In this document: one piece after another, positions 50,833-61,741 of the stretch
How the letters are laid out: every line of letters starts with the position of its first letter
Position numbering within the stretch: position 1 is the stretch's first letter
The notes under the pieces: generated by a model
Database searches by the model: none
What the model was told of the DNA's origin: nothing
The model's input: only the letters and a program-made list of their open reading frames with translations
Position numbers and translations under genes: made by a program
Origin: Marsupella aquatica
Taxonomy: Eukaryota; Plantae; Marchantiophyta
Assembly: GCA_973895155.1 (NCBI GenBank)
Contig: OZ316892.1
Coordinates: forward strand, 62,001-126,000
Direction of reading: 5' to 3'
DNA length: 64,000 nucleotides

Positions 50833-51033
50833 ATTTTAAATGAACGGGCCAGATGCTTGTATAAACACGACCACACCCTCTCCTTCACGACCGCCACCAC
50901 ACTTGTTACAGGCCTCCAAAACAGCCACACAGCCGTTGCACTACGGCTGTAATGCGCCGATAATATATATAGACATCCACCTTCGGCTTTGGTGGAGACT
51001 TTGCGGCTAGACCTGAATTTGTAGGAGTTGGTG

Positions 51034-53395
51034 TGTCACGCGATTGACATGGGTCTTAACATCAAAAACGTCACTATGGGTGCCAAAACCATCTCCTTGT
51101 ACCTGAGGATCACGAAGGGATGTTGTGAAGGCCGGTAAACACCAATTTATGCCCTTAACACCAGACTATCATAGCAAGACTCTATCACACATCACCCAAG
51201 CTCAATCCCAAGGAACCAAGGTTGGGGATCAGATCTGCGCTCATGATAGTTCTGGTGAGAAGGGGTCTTCATATCGGGCCCGTACACACAGGGCCTAGCG
51301 CTACGGTGCGCATAGGTCTATACGTATGCTTACTATCATAGGTATGTTTCTATTTCGCCACCGGAATGTACCCATAAACCAGTGACTCCTGACTGATTCC
51401 CGGCTTAGGGACTTCTAAGACATTGCCCCACCACTCTGCCATTCCACTCTCAGCAATCAGAGCTATGACAGTCCTCACCCAGTCCGCTTCAATGCACCCT
51501 GTACACCTCTCAGTGGCGCTGCTAGTCCCATCATACACTCAGATTGCCTCACACACACACACATCCATGAGAGAAATGAGGCCTGAGAGGAGAACTCAAT
51601 TAGATTCAACGATGTGCACAATAGTTCACTGAGAACACTTGATCCGAACAATAGGCCCGAAGGCTGCCTACTCCAGATTGTGACGTGCTTGCCCCGCAAG
51701 CCCCTTGCTTGCCATGCAAGCTCAATCCTGAACCTGAGCCCGACTCACTCCAGATTGCGACGGCAGATTGGACTCAAACCAATCCCGTACTTGCCTTGCA
51801 AACTCAATCCTGAACTCAACCTCCTTCACTGCACTTCATTCTTGGTGGCACATACAGATCTCACACCTCCATTTCCGAACGTCAAGTTACGCATGCACAG
51901 TTGACTCGACTTCAAAGCTGGTACCAGGCCTAACGACGATCTATCCCAGACTGCAATGAGGCCCGGCCTCACACTTGCCCTGCAAGCTCAGCTCTGGCCA
52001 TAAATCCCTTAGTGCTCTCTACCAGACAAAGGCCGGGACTCCCCATGGATCATGTAGCCTTGCCAGACTGAACTGTAAATGCTCCTCCTGCTGCCCCTCA
52101 ATCAGTGTCTCAGCCTCCCTAATGTGCTCACCACAAATCAAATTGACATCCTCCCCACAGTTTACAATCACCAATACATCACCTATCACCAAGGCTCTGT
52201 ATCGGGGGAAAAGAACCCAGTTGTGCTACCCACTAGAAAGAGCCACAATCCAACTCGCAAACCTAGCAACCCGTTACTGTGAAGCTTGGCTGATTACTCC
52301 CTGAGTAATAGCACAACCAAGCTCTCCCCAACACGCAGCGTCCAAGTCCAGCCTTGCTTGCACAAAGCTCCTCCCTGCTGCTCAGTCTAAGTGAGATCAC
52401 ACAACTGAAGTCCCCCCCTTGCCTCTACCGGGGGCTGCTCTATATACTCTCATATTGAGCCCAAATGGGTGGATACTACGCTGCTGGAGCCCCATCCCAG
52501 CCCTAACAGAGCCGCCACTATCTCTAACTACTGAACCCTAACTCGCAACTTTATTTCTATCTCGAATTGGCTATGTACTTCGGATTTGGCCCTCCTCCAT
52601 GGTTTTTGCGAGCTTGCGCCTCCTCTCCCGATTTCTCTATTCAACCATTTGCTGCGTGGATAGAAGCGTTGGAAGGGGCTTGAGTTCCTCTTTCCAACGA
52701 GGTCAATTATAGCCGATTTGGCCAAATACACAGAAAGTTACGCCCCCACAACCGAGAGGGGGTACTCATTGCTACGCTAATCCGAGTTCGGCTAGCCTAG
52801 CTATCCTATCTAACCTTAGAAGAGTTAACCCGTGGCCTCGGGCTAAGCCGCTATCCGTGTCCGTTGTCCGTGTCCGCTATCCGTGTCTGTTGTCCGTGTT
52901 AGTTGTCCGTGTCCATTGTCCGTGTCCATTGTCCGTGTCCATTGTCCGTGTTCGTTGTCCGCGTCCGTTATCCGTGTCCGCTATCTGTGCCTATTGTCTA
53001 CTATCCGTGTCCGTTGTCCGCTATCCATTGTCCATGTCCGTTGTCCGTGTCCGTTGACCTCTATCCGTATCCGCTATCCGTGTCCGCTAACCTCTATCCG
53101 TATCCGCTATCCGTGTCCGCTAACCTCTATTCGCTATCCGCTATCCGTGTCCGCCAACCTCTATCCGTATCCGCTAACCTAGTCTAAGCTGAGCCCGAAC
53201 CCAAGCTTACCTATGCTAACCTGAGCCCGAGTTTAGGCTAACCCGAGTTAAGTCTAACCCGGGATCAATCTAATCCAAACCCGGGTTAAGCCTAAGCTGA
53301 AGCCGTGCTTACCTAAGCTAAGCCGTGGCCGAGCTTGGGTTAACCCGAAACTGAAGCCGAACCCGCTAATTCCGGCCACAAGTTAACCCATCACA
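51034..53395 (-). mobile_element. Probable LTR-derived segment
   Basis: Ends are TGTCACG...CATCACA. A minus-strand TATA followed by a G-run lies near 52410-52450, and there are internal simple repeats. No matching TSD was found. Confidence 0.4.
52850..53180. repeat. Simple repeat (TCCGTG/TCCGTTG/TCCGCTA variants)
   Basis: Directly visible tandem 6-7-mers, plus a 33-bp higher-order unit. Confidence 0.9.
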
Positions 53396-54834
53396 CTAAT
53401 CAGGCCGTATCTTCCTTAATACACCTCCGTTTCCCAAGTGTTTTATATCTATTTTACTCACCTTGACCAGATCTTTCCAATGCTCTTTACAAATCTGGAT
53501 TTGGTGACATATTGAAAGAGATATGGTCACCGACCACCCGCGACATAGTTTTTATTTCCCTACTCTTAACGCCATGATTGCCCTTATTCTTGCCATCTTG
53601 CTAATTGTTAAGCGGTATCAATAGCTACTCCTTGCATACAACAACCTAGTTACTCAGATTATAGAATAAGGACCATGTCATCGGCGTCACATGGTGTTTG
53701 CCTCAATGATGATGACGATCCAACCGAATGACCTACTGCGGTCGGGACACTGCTATCTGCAGAGGCCTTCACAATGTCGGCATTGGGTTGACGCTTTGGC
53801 GGAGAGTCATCTTCTAGAGGGCCATCCATCGCCGGGTTGTAACGACGGACCTCAAGTCGCCATTTTCCTTGAGGAGGAATGCTTGGAACCCCTGACATGT
53901 CTCTGCACTTACGAGAACCAAAAAGTGATTAAAAAAGAATGGCATCCGTGACATGGAAACACTTTGACGATGAAACACTATGAATGCCATGCCTTGCCGG
54001 AGAGTTCTTCCATGAAAAGAGCTCAGAGCCATAGAGCCGTGCGTACCTGAACTGGATCCGGTGAGTGTTGAGGACTTGGAACACTGATAGCAGTTCCAAA
54101 TGAACGAGCTCGAGACGAGGCGGTGGAAGTGATCGGGAAAATGATTCGGAAGACTGGTGGTTTTTGGGTGACTGGCTTTGTTTAAGTGGACGGTTTGCAT
54201 TGGGTTCGCTTCTGGTTTGAACGGTAATTGTCCCGTTCACTCGGAAGTGACTTTATTAGTGTCCAAACGGCCTTAATTCTCCTTGCCTCGACAGTAATGA
54301 CACGTTGATTCTTGTCACGCGGGAATTGTGCAGTCCTTTTTTGTTGTTTCTTTGCCTCGGGTAGGAATTTTCACATGTGGGAGCCTGTACGTGGAGCCCG
54401 TACCTCGTGTGAGTGGCTCAATGTGTTGGTGTCATTAGACTAGCGATTTTGCTGGCCTGAAGAAAATGTCATTTTGAATGATCGGAAATGGAGTTAAAAA
54501 CAGGTGTTAAGAGTTGCCTCGTAAAAATGGGTCCACATTTTGTCTTCCAGTGCATTCATGGGACTAGAAAATGCTCATGGTTACGCATTTCTTATGTCAT
54601 TTTCGTGTCATTATTTAATGATCAAACGGGGTCGTCATGCTAGCGAGGAAGATTCTGGACCTTTTTTTGGGCCCCGATACAAGGGGAAAACTTGCCCGTG
54701 CGAGCAAAAATTCTACTGTTTGCTCGCACGTTACAATTACCCACAAAATTTAGGGGGTAGTACACACAAAAAGAATATATCCTGAAGTATGATTATTTAT
54801 TTCATTATTTATTTAAGAAAAAATAAATTCCAAG

Positions 54835-56340
54835 GAATCTTGACAGACAATATTCAAATAAGAGGAACTTCAGGGAAGAGGGAGAAAGACCTCCCCTTAC
54901 TTGCTATTATTGTGGGAAGCCCGGACATATAAGAAGGGCTAAGTGTGAATTATGGGTGCAACATAATAAAGAAAGAACCGAAGTACAAACTAAAGCACCA
55001 GTTAATCTGAGAGTTCTAATGGAGGCATTTCAGGGCCACAGCCTAGCTCGTTCACTGATCGTTTTCATGGCGTATCAAGTACTCTGGCACATTTGGCTTG
55101 CTCGGAATGACTATGTATTCAATAATGGCAGAAGCAGATGTTTTGACCTGTTGAAGATATTTACGGAGGTCATTGATCAACTCCATGGACTGTGTGAGGA
55201 TTTAAGCCCCTGCAATAGGTGCACACGGTTGCTGCGGATCAAGGAGGAAATTATTAAGGAACGCTTGAACTGGGCCCCCCGGGGCGGAGGCTCGGTTCTC
55301 CTCTTCCTCCTGACTTCCTACTTCAGTCCTAGCCCACTAGACTTAGACTTTTTGTGCCTCACTAGTGGGATGCATTAGATAGAACCGGTATCTAGGGCTT
55401 AGCATGGTTGCTGATACCTTCTGGCCTTCTCACCCTGTGGCTCCTTGCCCGGGGTTTCTTTGGTATGAGCTCTCTAGGTTTTAGGTGGTCTTTTGTCACC
55501 CGTCTGCCCGGCGTGGGCTCCTATGCTGCCTGTTTGGCCCCCTTTCCCGTAGGGTTTTGCGGGTTTTATTTTATTTAAAAAAAAAGAAAAAAAGAAAGAA
55601 AAAAAGCACCAGTTAATCATGTAAGAATTCAGACAATGGATGTGAATATAGTGACTATGTCACAACAGACGAGCCACCAATCATGTTAGCTCTACCGTCC
55701 ACGAGTGGAGTACCGAGTACCAGTTGGGAACAATTGGACGCTACAACACAAGACATAGCAGAACAAATCCGACAACTTCAACAAAGTGAATTGCTGCCAA
55801 GACCAGAAAGATTAATGGGTTTGGATGATATAATAGAAGATGGAGCTGAAATTTTGGAGTCTGATGAGAGTTTTAAAGAAGAAATCAGAGAGTCCTTTAC
55901 ACATGAGGAAGACCCAACAAGTGATGAATTTAAAAGGGAAGAACCATTGAGAACGTAACAAATCAGAGCTAAAAGTGAGCAAGAGATAATAAAGAAATTG
56001 GTAGAGGTTCTTTCAAAGGCTAAAGTGGAATTAACTGTTGAAGATTTGTTATGTATAGCTCCACAATGCAAAGAAGCAGTGTTCAAGAAAATGAGTGAGG
56101 GAGCACAAGAGACAGCAGTACCAAATACCAGTGAGGTAACTGAAAGGACAACCTACAACAAGAAATGAAGAGGATAATCAGCAGGAATTACCACTAAACA
56201 CCAACTTATAAGTTGGAAAAGACAATAATAGCTGGTAAGGGAGCAATGGTATAGTTGAATATAAAAGGGAACCAAGATTAAGAATGTATTATTGGATGGT
56301 AGTTCAGCAGTTAATTTAATGAGCTAACAATCCTTGTAGA
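54835..56340 (+). mobile_element. Degraded Ty3/Gypsy gag-protease remnant, split by a LINE insertion
   Basis: Zn knuckle TCYYCGKPGHIRRAKC (~54895-54950), then LSKAKVELTVEDLLCIAPQCK, then an aspartic-protease-like KIKNVLLDGSSAVNLMS (~56275-56325). There are multiple stops. Confidence 0.75.
55008..55602 (+). mobile_element. 5'-truncated L1-type LINE (ORF2 C-terminus, 3' UTR, A-rich tail) with 16-bp TSD
   Basis: The VLWHIWLARNDYVFN motif is typical of plant L1 ORF2 ends. The A-rich tail spans ~55577-55602. AAAGCACCAGTTAATC lies at 54992-55007 and 55603-55618. Confidence 0.9.
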
Positions 56341-58573
56341 ATTCACAATCTGCTAAGAATTACTTGTCGTAGTGGCTTCGGCTTGCTGAATTGCTACAGT
56401 TGCTTCTCGGCGAGTTGGTATCGAGCTGCGCGGAGCTACATGCTGACGAATCCAGTGATCCCTGTTAGGTTCGCGTTACCACTTTTACACGGCCTCTCGT
56501 CATGTCCTTTGGGCAGAGAATTCCTAGTAAGGCCCTAGCTATACTGGATGTTCTTCTGCGTTTCGACCTTAGATTGCTGGGCAACTATACTTCTCACCTC
56601 TGAGCGCCCAAGGAAGCGGGACAGAATCTCTTTTTCGGCCCGGGATACTGTCCATCCTGGTTCAAGTCCTGCTCATTTCTTGCATGACGTCTCCTGCTGC
56701 CCGTCTCCTGATTTCCCGTCACAATCTAGATCAATTTTGTTGCCACTTGTTTCAGCTTGCTGTTCTGAACGAATTGTCGAGCCTGCCCAATTTGCTACTT
56801 ACACGGTCTGCATAACACTTGTTCACAAGTTCTTCTTTGAAGAAATGTCGTCAATTCTTCGTTTGGTATGCAGGACACTTCAGTTGGAAAGGGTTCTTTC
56901 TTGGGGGGCGATAAACAAGAGCGCTCGCGCCATAGTTTTTCAGAGGGCAATGTGGAGGTATGACGGTGGATTGCTTTGGGGTTTGGATGGATGATCTTCT
57001 CATACTTTATCTTCTCAAAACTTGTAGTTTTGATTCTCAAGTTTTGATGGCAAAGCTGGGATGATTCGTAAAAGAATCCAGCAGGAGGAATGGATCCTGG
57101 AGAAGATACCGCTATTGCTATGCTTCTAGGGCTTCCTCCAACTGTTACGCTGAGCTGAGATTCCTCTGCCCGGGCAAGGTTTCCCCAACAGAGCCTTCGC
57201 GTAATGAATATTCTTTCCTTAGTCCATGGGAAGGAAAGACGAGACTTGAAATTTGAGGGCTCTGCAAGATTGCACTACTTAGACTGATTTGAACCTTTGT
57301 CAAACAGGTAAGATCGTATTTCTCAAAACTGTACCATTGAGCTCCGTATTCCCGGCACGGGAACGGAGCTGACTCGATGGAACTTTTGGATATGGACCGC
57401 TTTAGGCAACAGTCCTCAGCCAGGTATGATTAATTTTGTATGCATGTCATTTTGTTGGATTTGATGTGACCAAACGACCTTCAATACATTCTCAACAAAG
57501 ACGTTTGATTTGCAGAGTTTATCCTTCATCTTCCGGTTTGATTGGTATTGGCATCCGCCGTTGTTCTTGTACACGGCCTTCAGGTAATGAGACTGAAGAG
57601 CGATTTCAACGTTATGCGTACCTACTTTTAAACAGAAACTCTTGTTCCAGCACCACCGTGTGACATTTATAGTTGCGGGAACTTCCTGCTATGAGGCTTA
57701 TGTGATCAAGACTTGAGTTGAACTTCAAGTTTGATTCCTTTTTCGTGTTAAGAAGCACAGGGTGGAGGGGAGGGGAGGGGAGGCTGTTACATTCGTGTCG
57801 TATGTGTCTCTTCACGGATTGTATAAGAGCCAAGTTCAAGAATGATGGATAGCCTTTATTTCTGAATTGTAGGAGAGGGAGGGAAGCGCTTTCACGTTCA
57901 TGTCATCTGTGTCTAATCACGATGGATTCTACAGATGATGGCTAGGCTTTATTTCTAAGTAGTCTCTTTTCAGAAACCTGAGATTCTGGTTTGCGTATAG
58001 CGCAGAAAGGACAGTGTAGGCAACTTACAAATGAACGCTTGTCAAGATGCCCTAAGAGTCTGTCCTGTACACAACACAAGGATAACATGTGACTTCTGGC
58101 TGAAGTATTTTAGTACCAATTCGATAGGCTCTTGACTCTGTCCTTTCTGTGGGTACAGTGAATTACGGGAGAAGGAACGAGCTTGTTGACACCTGGATAT
58201 GCCTTCCACAATTATTTCAATATTCTTTTCTAAGATCATTGCATTCTTGACAGATAGCCGTTACTCTCAGTTGGAAAGGAGTCATTTAACTTTTGCAAGT
58301 TATCTGTACCAAACATCACAGCAGAGCAAGGGAGACAAGAAAATACATCTTTGGACGGAGGTAGGAATGCACCCTAGAACTCGAGAGGCTTACGGTCTGC
58401 TATCCATTTCTGAACACTCATTGTAGAAAGATCACTGGAAACATAGTCGTCAAGAAATAACTACAAATTCATTGCACCTCGTGGAATCTCCTGGATTTTA
58501 TCCCGGTAGCAGATCTGAACGTGGGTTGTGGTGCTGACAGAGGAAGCCCAGAGCGCCTGAGTTCAATCAGAAG

Positions 58574-61500
58574 TTGACAAGACTAGCAATTTGGGTGGAT
58601 GGATGGTCAACCCCAGCGTGGGTTAAGGCAAGGGCGAATTTGGTTACTCACTGCAGATTTCCATCTAATGTTAGTTATTGCACGAGAGATCGGTCTCAAG
58701 TCACTGCAAAAGGGATTGGCAGTAGGCATATGCATCCTGGTACCACGGGTCAAACAATTGCTATGTTGAAAGATCGTCTACAGCGAGGCATTGCTATAGA
58801 CTCGTACACATATGTTAAAGTTCTGCAAATGTGCTTGCAACAAAAAGACCTTTCAGGAGCCAAGCAAATTCATGATTGCATCATCGAGAGTGGAATTCAC
58901 GAAAATCCATATGTGGCAATCACGCTTTTGAATGTGTATATCAAATGCGGAGGTTTATCGGATGCACGTAGAGTTTTTGATCAAATTCAGAAGAAGAGTG
59001 TTATTACTTGGACCAGCATGATTGCGGGATACGCTAGGAGTGATCATGCTGAATCTGCACTCGAAATTTTCAATCTAATGCGCCAAGAAGGCGTGAAACC
59101 GAATGAGATCACGTATCTGAGCATCCTGAATGCATGTTCAAGCCCATTAGCTCTCAATTGGGGAAAAGAAATTCATCAGGGTATTCGACATGCCGGCTTT
59201 GAATCGGACGTGCGTGTAGGGTCTGCTCTCGTACTGATGTACGCTAAATGTGGGTGCATCACCGAGGCAAGGAAAGTTTTTGAAAAGTTGACTAATCGAA
59301 ATGTCATTACATGGAATGTTATGATTGGAGCATGTGCAGAACGTGGTGATGGTGTGGAAGCATATCGACTATTCCTCCAAATGAGACGGGATGGCTTCGA
59401 ACCAAATGCAATCACCTATACGAGCATCCTGAATGCATCCGCATGTGATGGGGGTTTGGCATGGGTGAAGGACGTTCATGGCCACGCTAGGAAAGCCGGA
59501 CTGGAGTCACATTTGCGTGTGGGCAACGCACTGGTTCACATGTATGCAGAGAGTGGCAGGATAGGTGACGCCCGACTGGTGTTTGACAGAATGGAGAAAC
59601 GCGATGTAGTCACATGGACTGTAATGATCGGTGGACTTGCACAACACGGAAGTGGGCATGAAGCTTATCGATTGTTTCTCCAGATGCGACGGGAAGGCTT
59701 CGAACCAAACGCAGTCACTTATGTGAGCATCCTGAATGCGTCTGCAAGTGCGGGGTCTTTGGAGTGGGTGAGGGAGGTTCATGGGCATGCTAGCAAAGTG
59801 GGACTGGAGTCAGACTTGCGTGTGGGCACTGCACTGGTCCACATGTATGCAAAGAGTGGCAGTATAGATGACGCTCGACTTGTTTTTGAGAGAATGGAGA
59901 AACACAATGTAGTCACATGGAACGTAATGATCGGTGGACTTGCACAACACGGAAGTGGGCATGAGGCTTATCGAATGTTTCTCCAGATGCGACGGGAAGG
60001 CTTCGAACCAAACGCAGTCACTTATGTGAGCATCCTGAATGCGTCTGCAAGTGCGGGGTCTTTGGAGTGGGTGAGGGAGGTTCATGGGCATGCTAGCAAA
60101 GTGGGACTGGAGTCAGACTTGCGTGTGGGCACTGCACTGGTCCACATGTATGCAAAGAGTGGCAGTATAGATGACGCCCGACTTGTTTTTGAGAGAATGG
60201 AGAAACACAATGCAGTCACATGGAACGTAATGATCGGAGGACTTGCACAACATGGATGTGGGCATGAAGCATATCGAATGTTTCTTGAAATGAGACGCCA
60301 AGGCTTCGAACCAAATGAAATCACTTATGTGACCATCCTGAATGCATCTGCAAGTGCGGGGGCTTTGGAGTGGGTGAAGGAGGTTCATGGCCACGCTAGC
60401 AAAGCCGGACTGGAGTCGGATTTGCGTGTGGGTAGTGCACTCGTTCACATGTATGCGAAGATTGGCAGTATAGATGATGCCCGACTGGTCTTTGACAGAA
60501 TGGAGAAACGCGATGTAATCACATGGACTGTAATGATTGGAGGGCTTGCACAACATGGATCTGGGCATGAAGCATATCGGTTGTTTCTCCAAATGAGACG
60601 GGACGGCTTTGAACCAGATGCATTCACTTATGCGAGTATTCTGAATGCATCTGCAAGTGCGGGGGCTTTGGAGTGGGTGAAGGAGGTTCATGGCCACGCT
60701 AGCAAAGCCGGACTGGAGTCGGATTTGCGTGTGGGTAATGCACTCGTTCACATGTATGCAGAGAGTGGCAGTATAGCTGACGCCCGACTTGTTTTTAACA
60801 GAATGGAGAAACGCGATGTAGTCACTTGGAACATAATGATCGGTGGACTTGCACAACACGGATATGGGCAGGAAGCCCTGGAACTTTTCAGACAAATGAA
60901 TGCAGACCATGTGAAGCCCACCGAGACGTCATTCACAGCTGTGTTGTCAGCCTGTTCTCATGGAGGCCTTGTTGATGATGGCCGTAGAATTTTTTCTGCT
61001 ATGACGCAAGATTATGGTATCGAGCGTACTGTTTTTCACTATACCCTCATGGTGGATATTCTTGGGCGGGCGGGACACGTGGAAGAAGCAAAGCAGTTGA
61101 TCAGTGAGATGCCGATCGAACCAGATGATGTAACTTGGACAGCCTTGCTTGGGGCTTGTAGAACTTATGGTAACGTGGAGCTGGGTGAACTGGCCGCTAA
61201 CGAGCTTTTCAAGTTGGAACCCGGTAAGGCCTCTACATATGTGCTGCTCTCCAATATCTATGCTGCGGCTGGGAAGTGGGAGAAGGTGTCATCTGTGCGC
61301 ACTATGATGCAAGAGAGAGGTGTTCGGAAGGAGCCAGGACGTAGCTGGATCGAAGTTCATAACAAGATCCATGAATTTGTGGTGGGGGATACATCTCACC
61401 CAGAAGCGGAGGCGATCTATACTGAGCTGAATAAATTGAGTGTAAAACTGAAGGCGGAAGGCTACATTCCGGATACCCAGCTTGTATTGCATGATATCAA

Positions 61501-61741
61501 TGAAGAGGATAAAGAGCTAGCCCTTTGCTCTCATAGTGAGAAGTTGGCTATTGCTTACGGACTTATGCACCTACCTTGGGGAGAACCTATTCGTGTAAGT
61601 AAGAACCTTCGGGTGTGTTCAGATTGCCACTCAGCAACCAAGTATATCTCTAAGGTGACCGGACGCGAGATTATTGCAAGGGATGCAAATCGGTTCCACC
61701 ATTTTAAAGATGGAATGTGTTCTTGTGGTGATTACTGGTGA
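58574..61741 (+). CDS. PLS-class pentatricopeptide repeat protein with E/E+ and DYW cytidine-deaminase domain (organellar C-to-U RNA-editing factor)
   Basis: About 23 P/L/S motifs are followed by the PG box KEPGRSW, SHP, HSEKLA, CSDCH and terminal CSCGDYW*. The true start is uncertain (ATG ~58730, or upstream exons). Confidence 0.97.
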   Translation: MTRLAIWVDGWSTPAWVKARANLVTHCRFPSNVSYCTRDRSQVTAKGIGSRHMHPGTTGQTIAMLKDRLQRGIAIDSYTYVKVLQMCLQQKDLSGAKQIHDCIIESGIHENPYVAITLLNVYIKCGGLSDARRVFDQIQKKSVITWTSMIAGYARSDHAESALEIFNLMRQEGVKPNEITYLSILNACSSPLALNWGKEIHQGIRHAGFESDVRVGSALVLMYAKCGCITEARKVFEKLTNRNVITWNVMIGACAERGDGVEAYRLFLQMRRDGFEPNAITYTSILNASACDGGLAWVKDVHGHARKAGLESHLRVGNALVHMYAESGRIGDARLVFDRMEKRDVVTWTVMIGGLAQHGSGHEAYRLFLQMRREGFEPNAVTYVSILNASASAGSLEWVREVHGHASKVGLESDLRVGTALVHMYAKSGSIDDARLVFERMEKHNVVTWNVMIGGLAQHGSGHEAYRMFLQMRREGFEPNAVTYVSILNASASAGSLEWVREVHGHASKVGLESDLRVGTALVHMYAKSGSIDDARLVFERMEKHNAVTWNVMIGGLAQHGCGHEAYRMFLEMRRQGFEPNEITYVTILNASASAGALEWVKEVHGHASKAGLESDLRVGSALVHMYAKIGSIDDARLVFDRMEKRDVITWTVMIGGLAQHGSGHEAYRLFLQMRRDGFEPDAFTYASILNASASAGALEWVKEVHGHASKAGLESDLRVGNALVHMYAESGSIADARLVFNRMEKRDVVTWNIMIGGLAQHGYGQEALELFRQMNADHVKPTETSFTAVLSACSHGGLVDDGRRIFSAMTQDYGIERTVFHYTLMVDILGRAGHVEEAKQLISEMPIEPDDVTWTALLGACRTYGNVELGELAANELFKLEPGKASTYVLLSNIYAAAGKWEKVSSVRTMMQERGVRKEPGRSWIEVHNKIHEFVVGDTSHPEAEAIYTELNKLSVKLKAEGYIPDTQLVLHDINEEDKELALCSHSEKLAIAYGLMHLPWGEPIRVSKNLRVCSDCHSATKYISKVTGREIIARDANRFHHFKDGMCSCGDYW
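59500..60860 (+). repeat. Near-identical 303-bp (101-aa S-P-L triplet) internal duplications in the PPR gene
   Basis: ~59640-59942 and ~59943-60245 are almost identical at the DNA level. ~60330-60560 versus ~60630-60860 is similar. Confidence 0.9.

Noticed and set aside
52857-53187. Cys/Pro/Val-rich ORFs in three frames
   Set aside because: Artefact of a simple repeat.
59176-60936. Antisense ORFs over the PPR gene (up to 265 aa)
   Set aside because: These are shadow frames of the repetitive PPR coding sequence.
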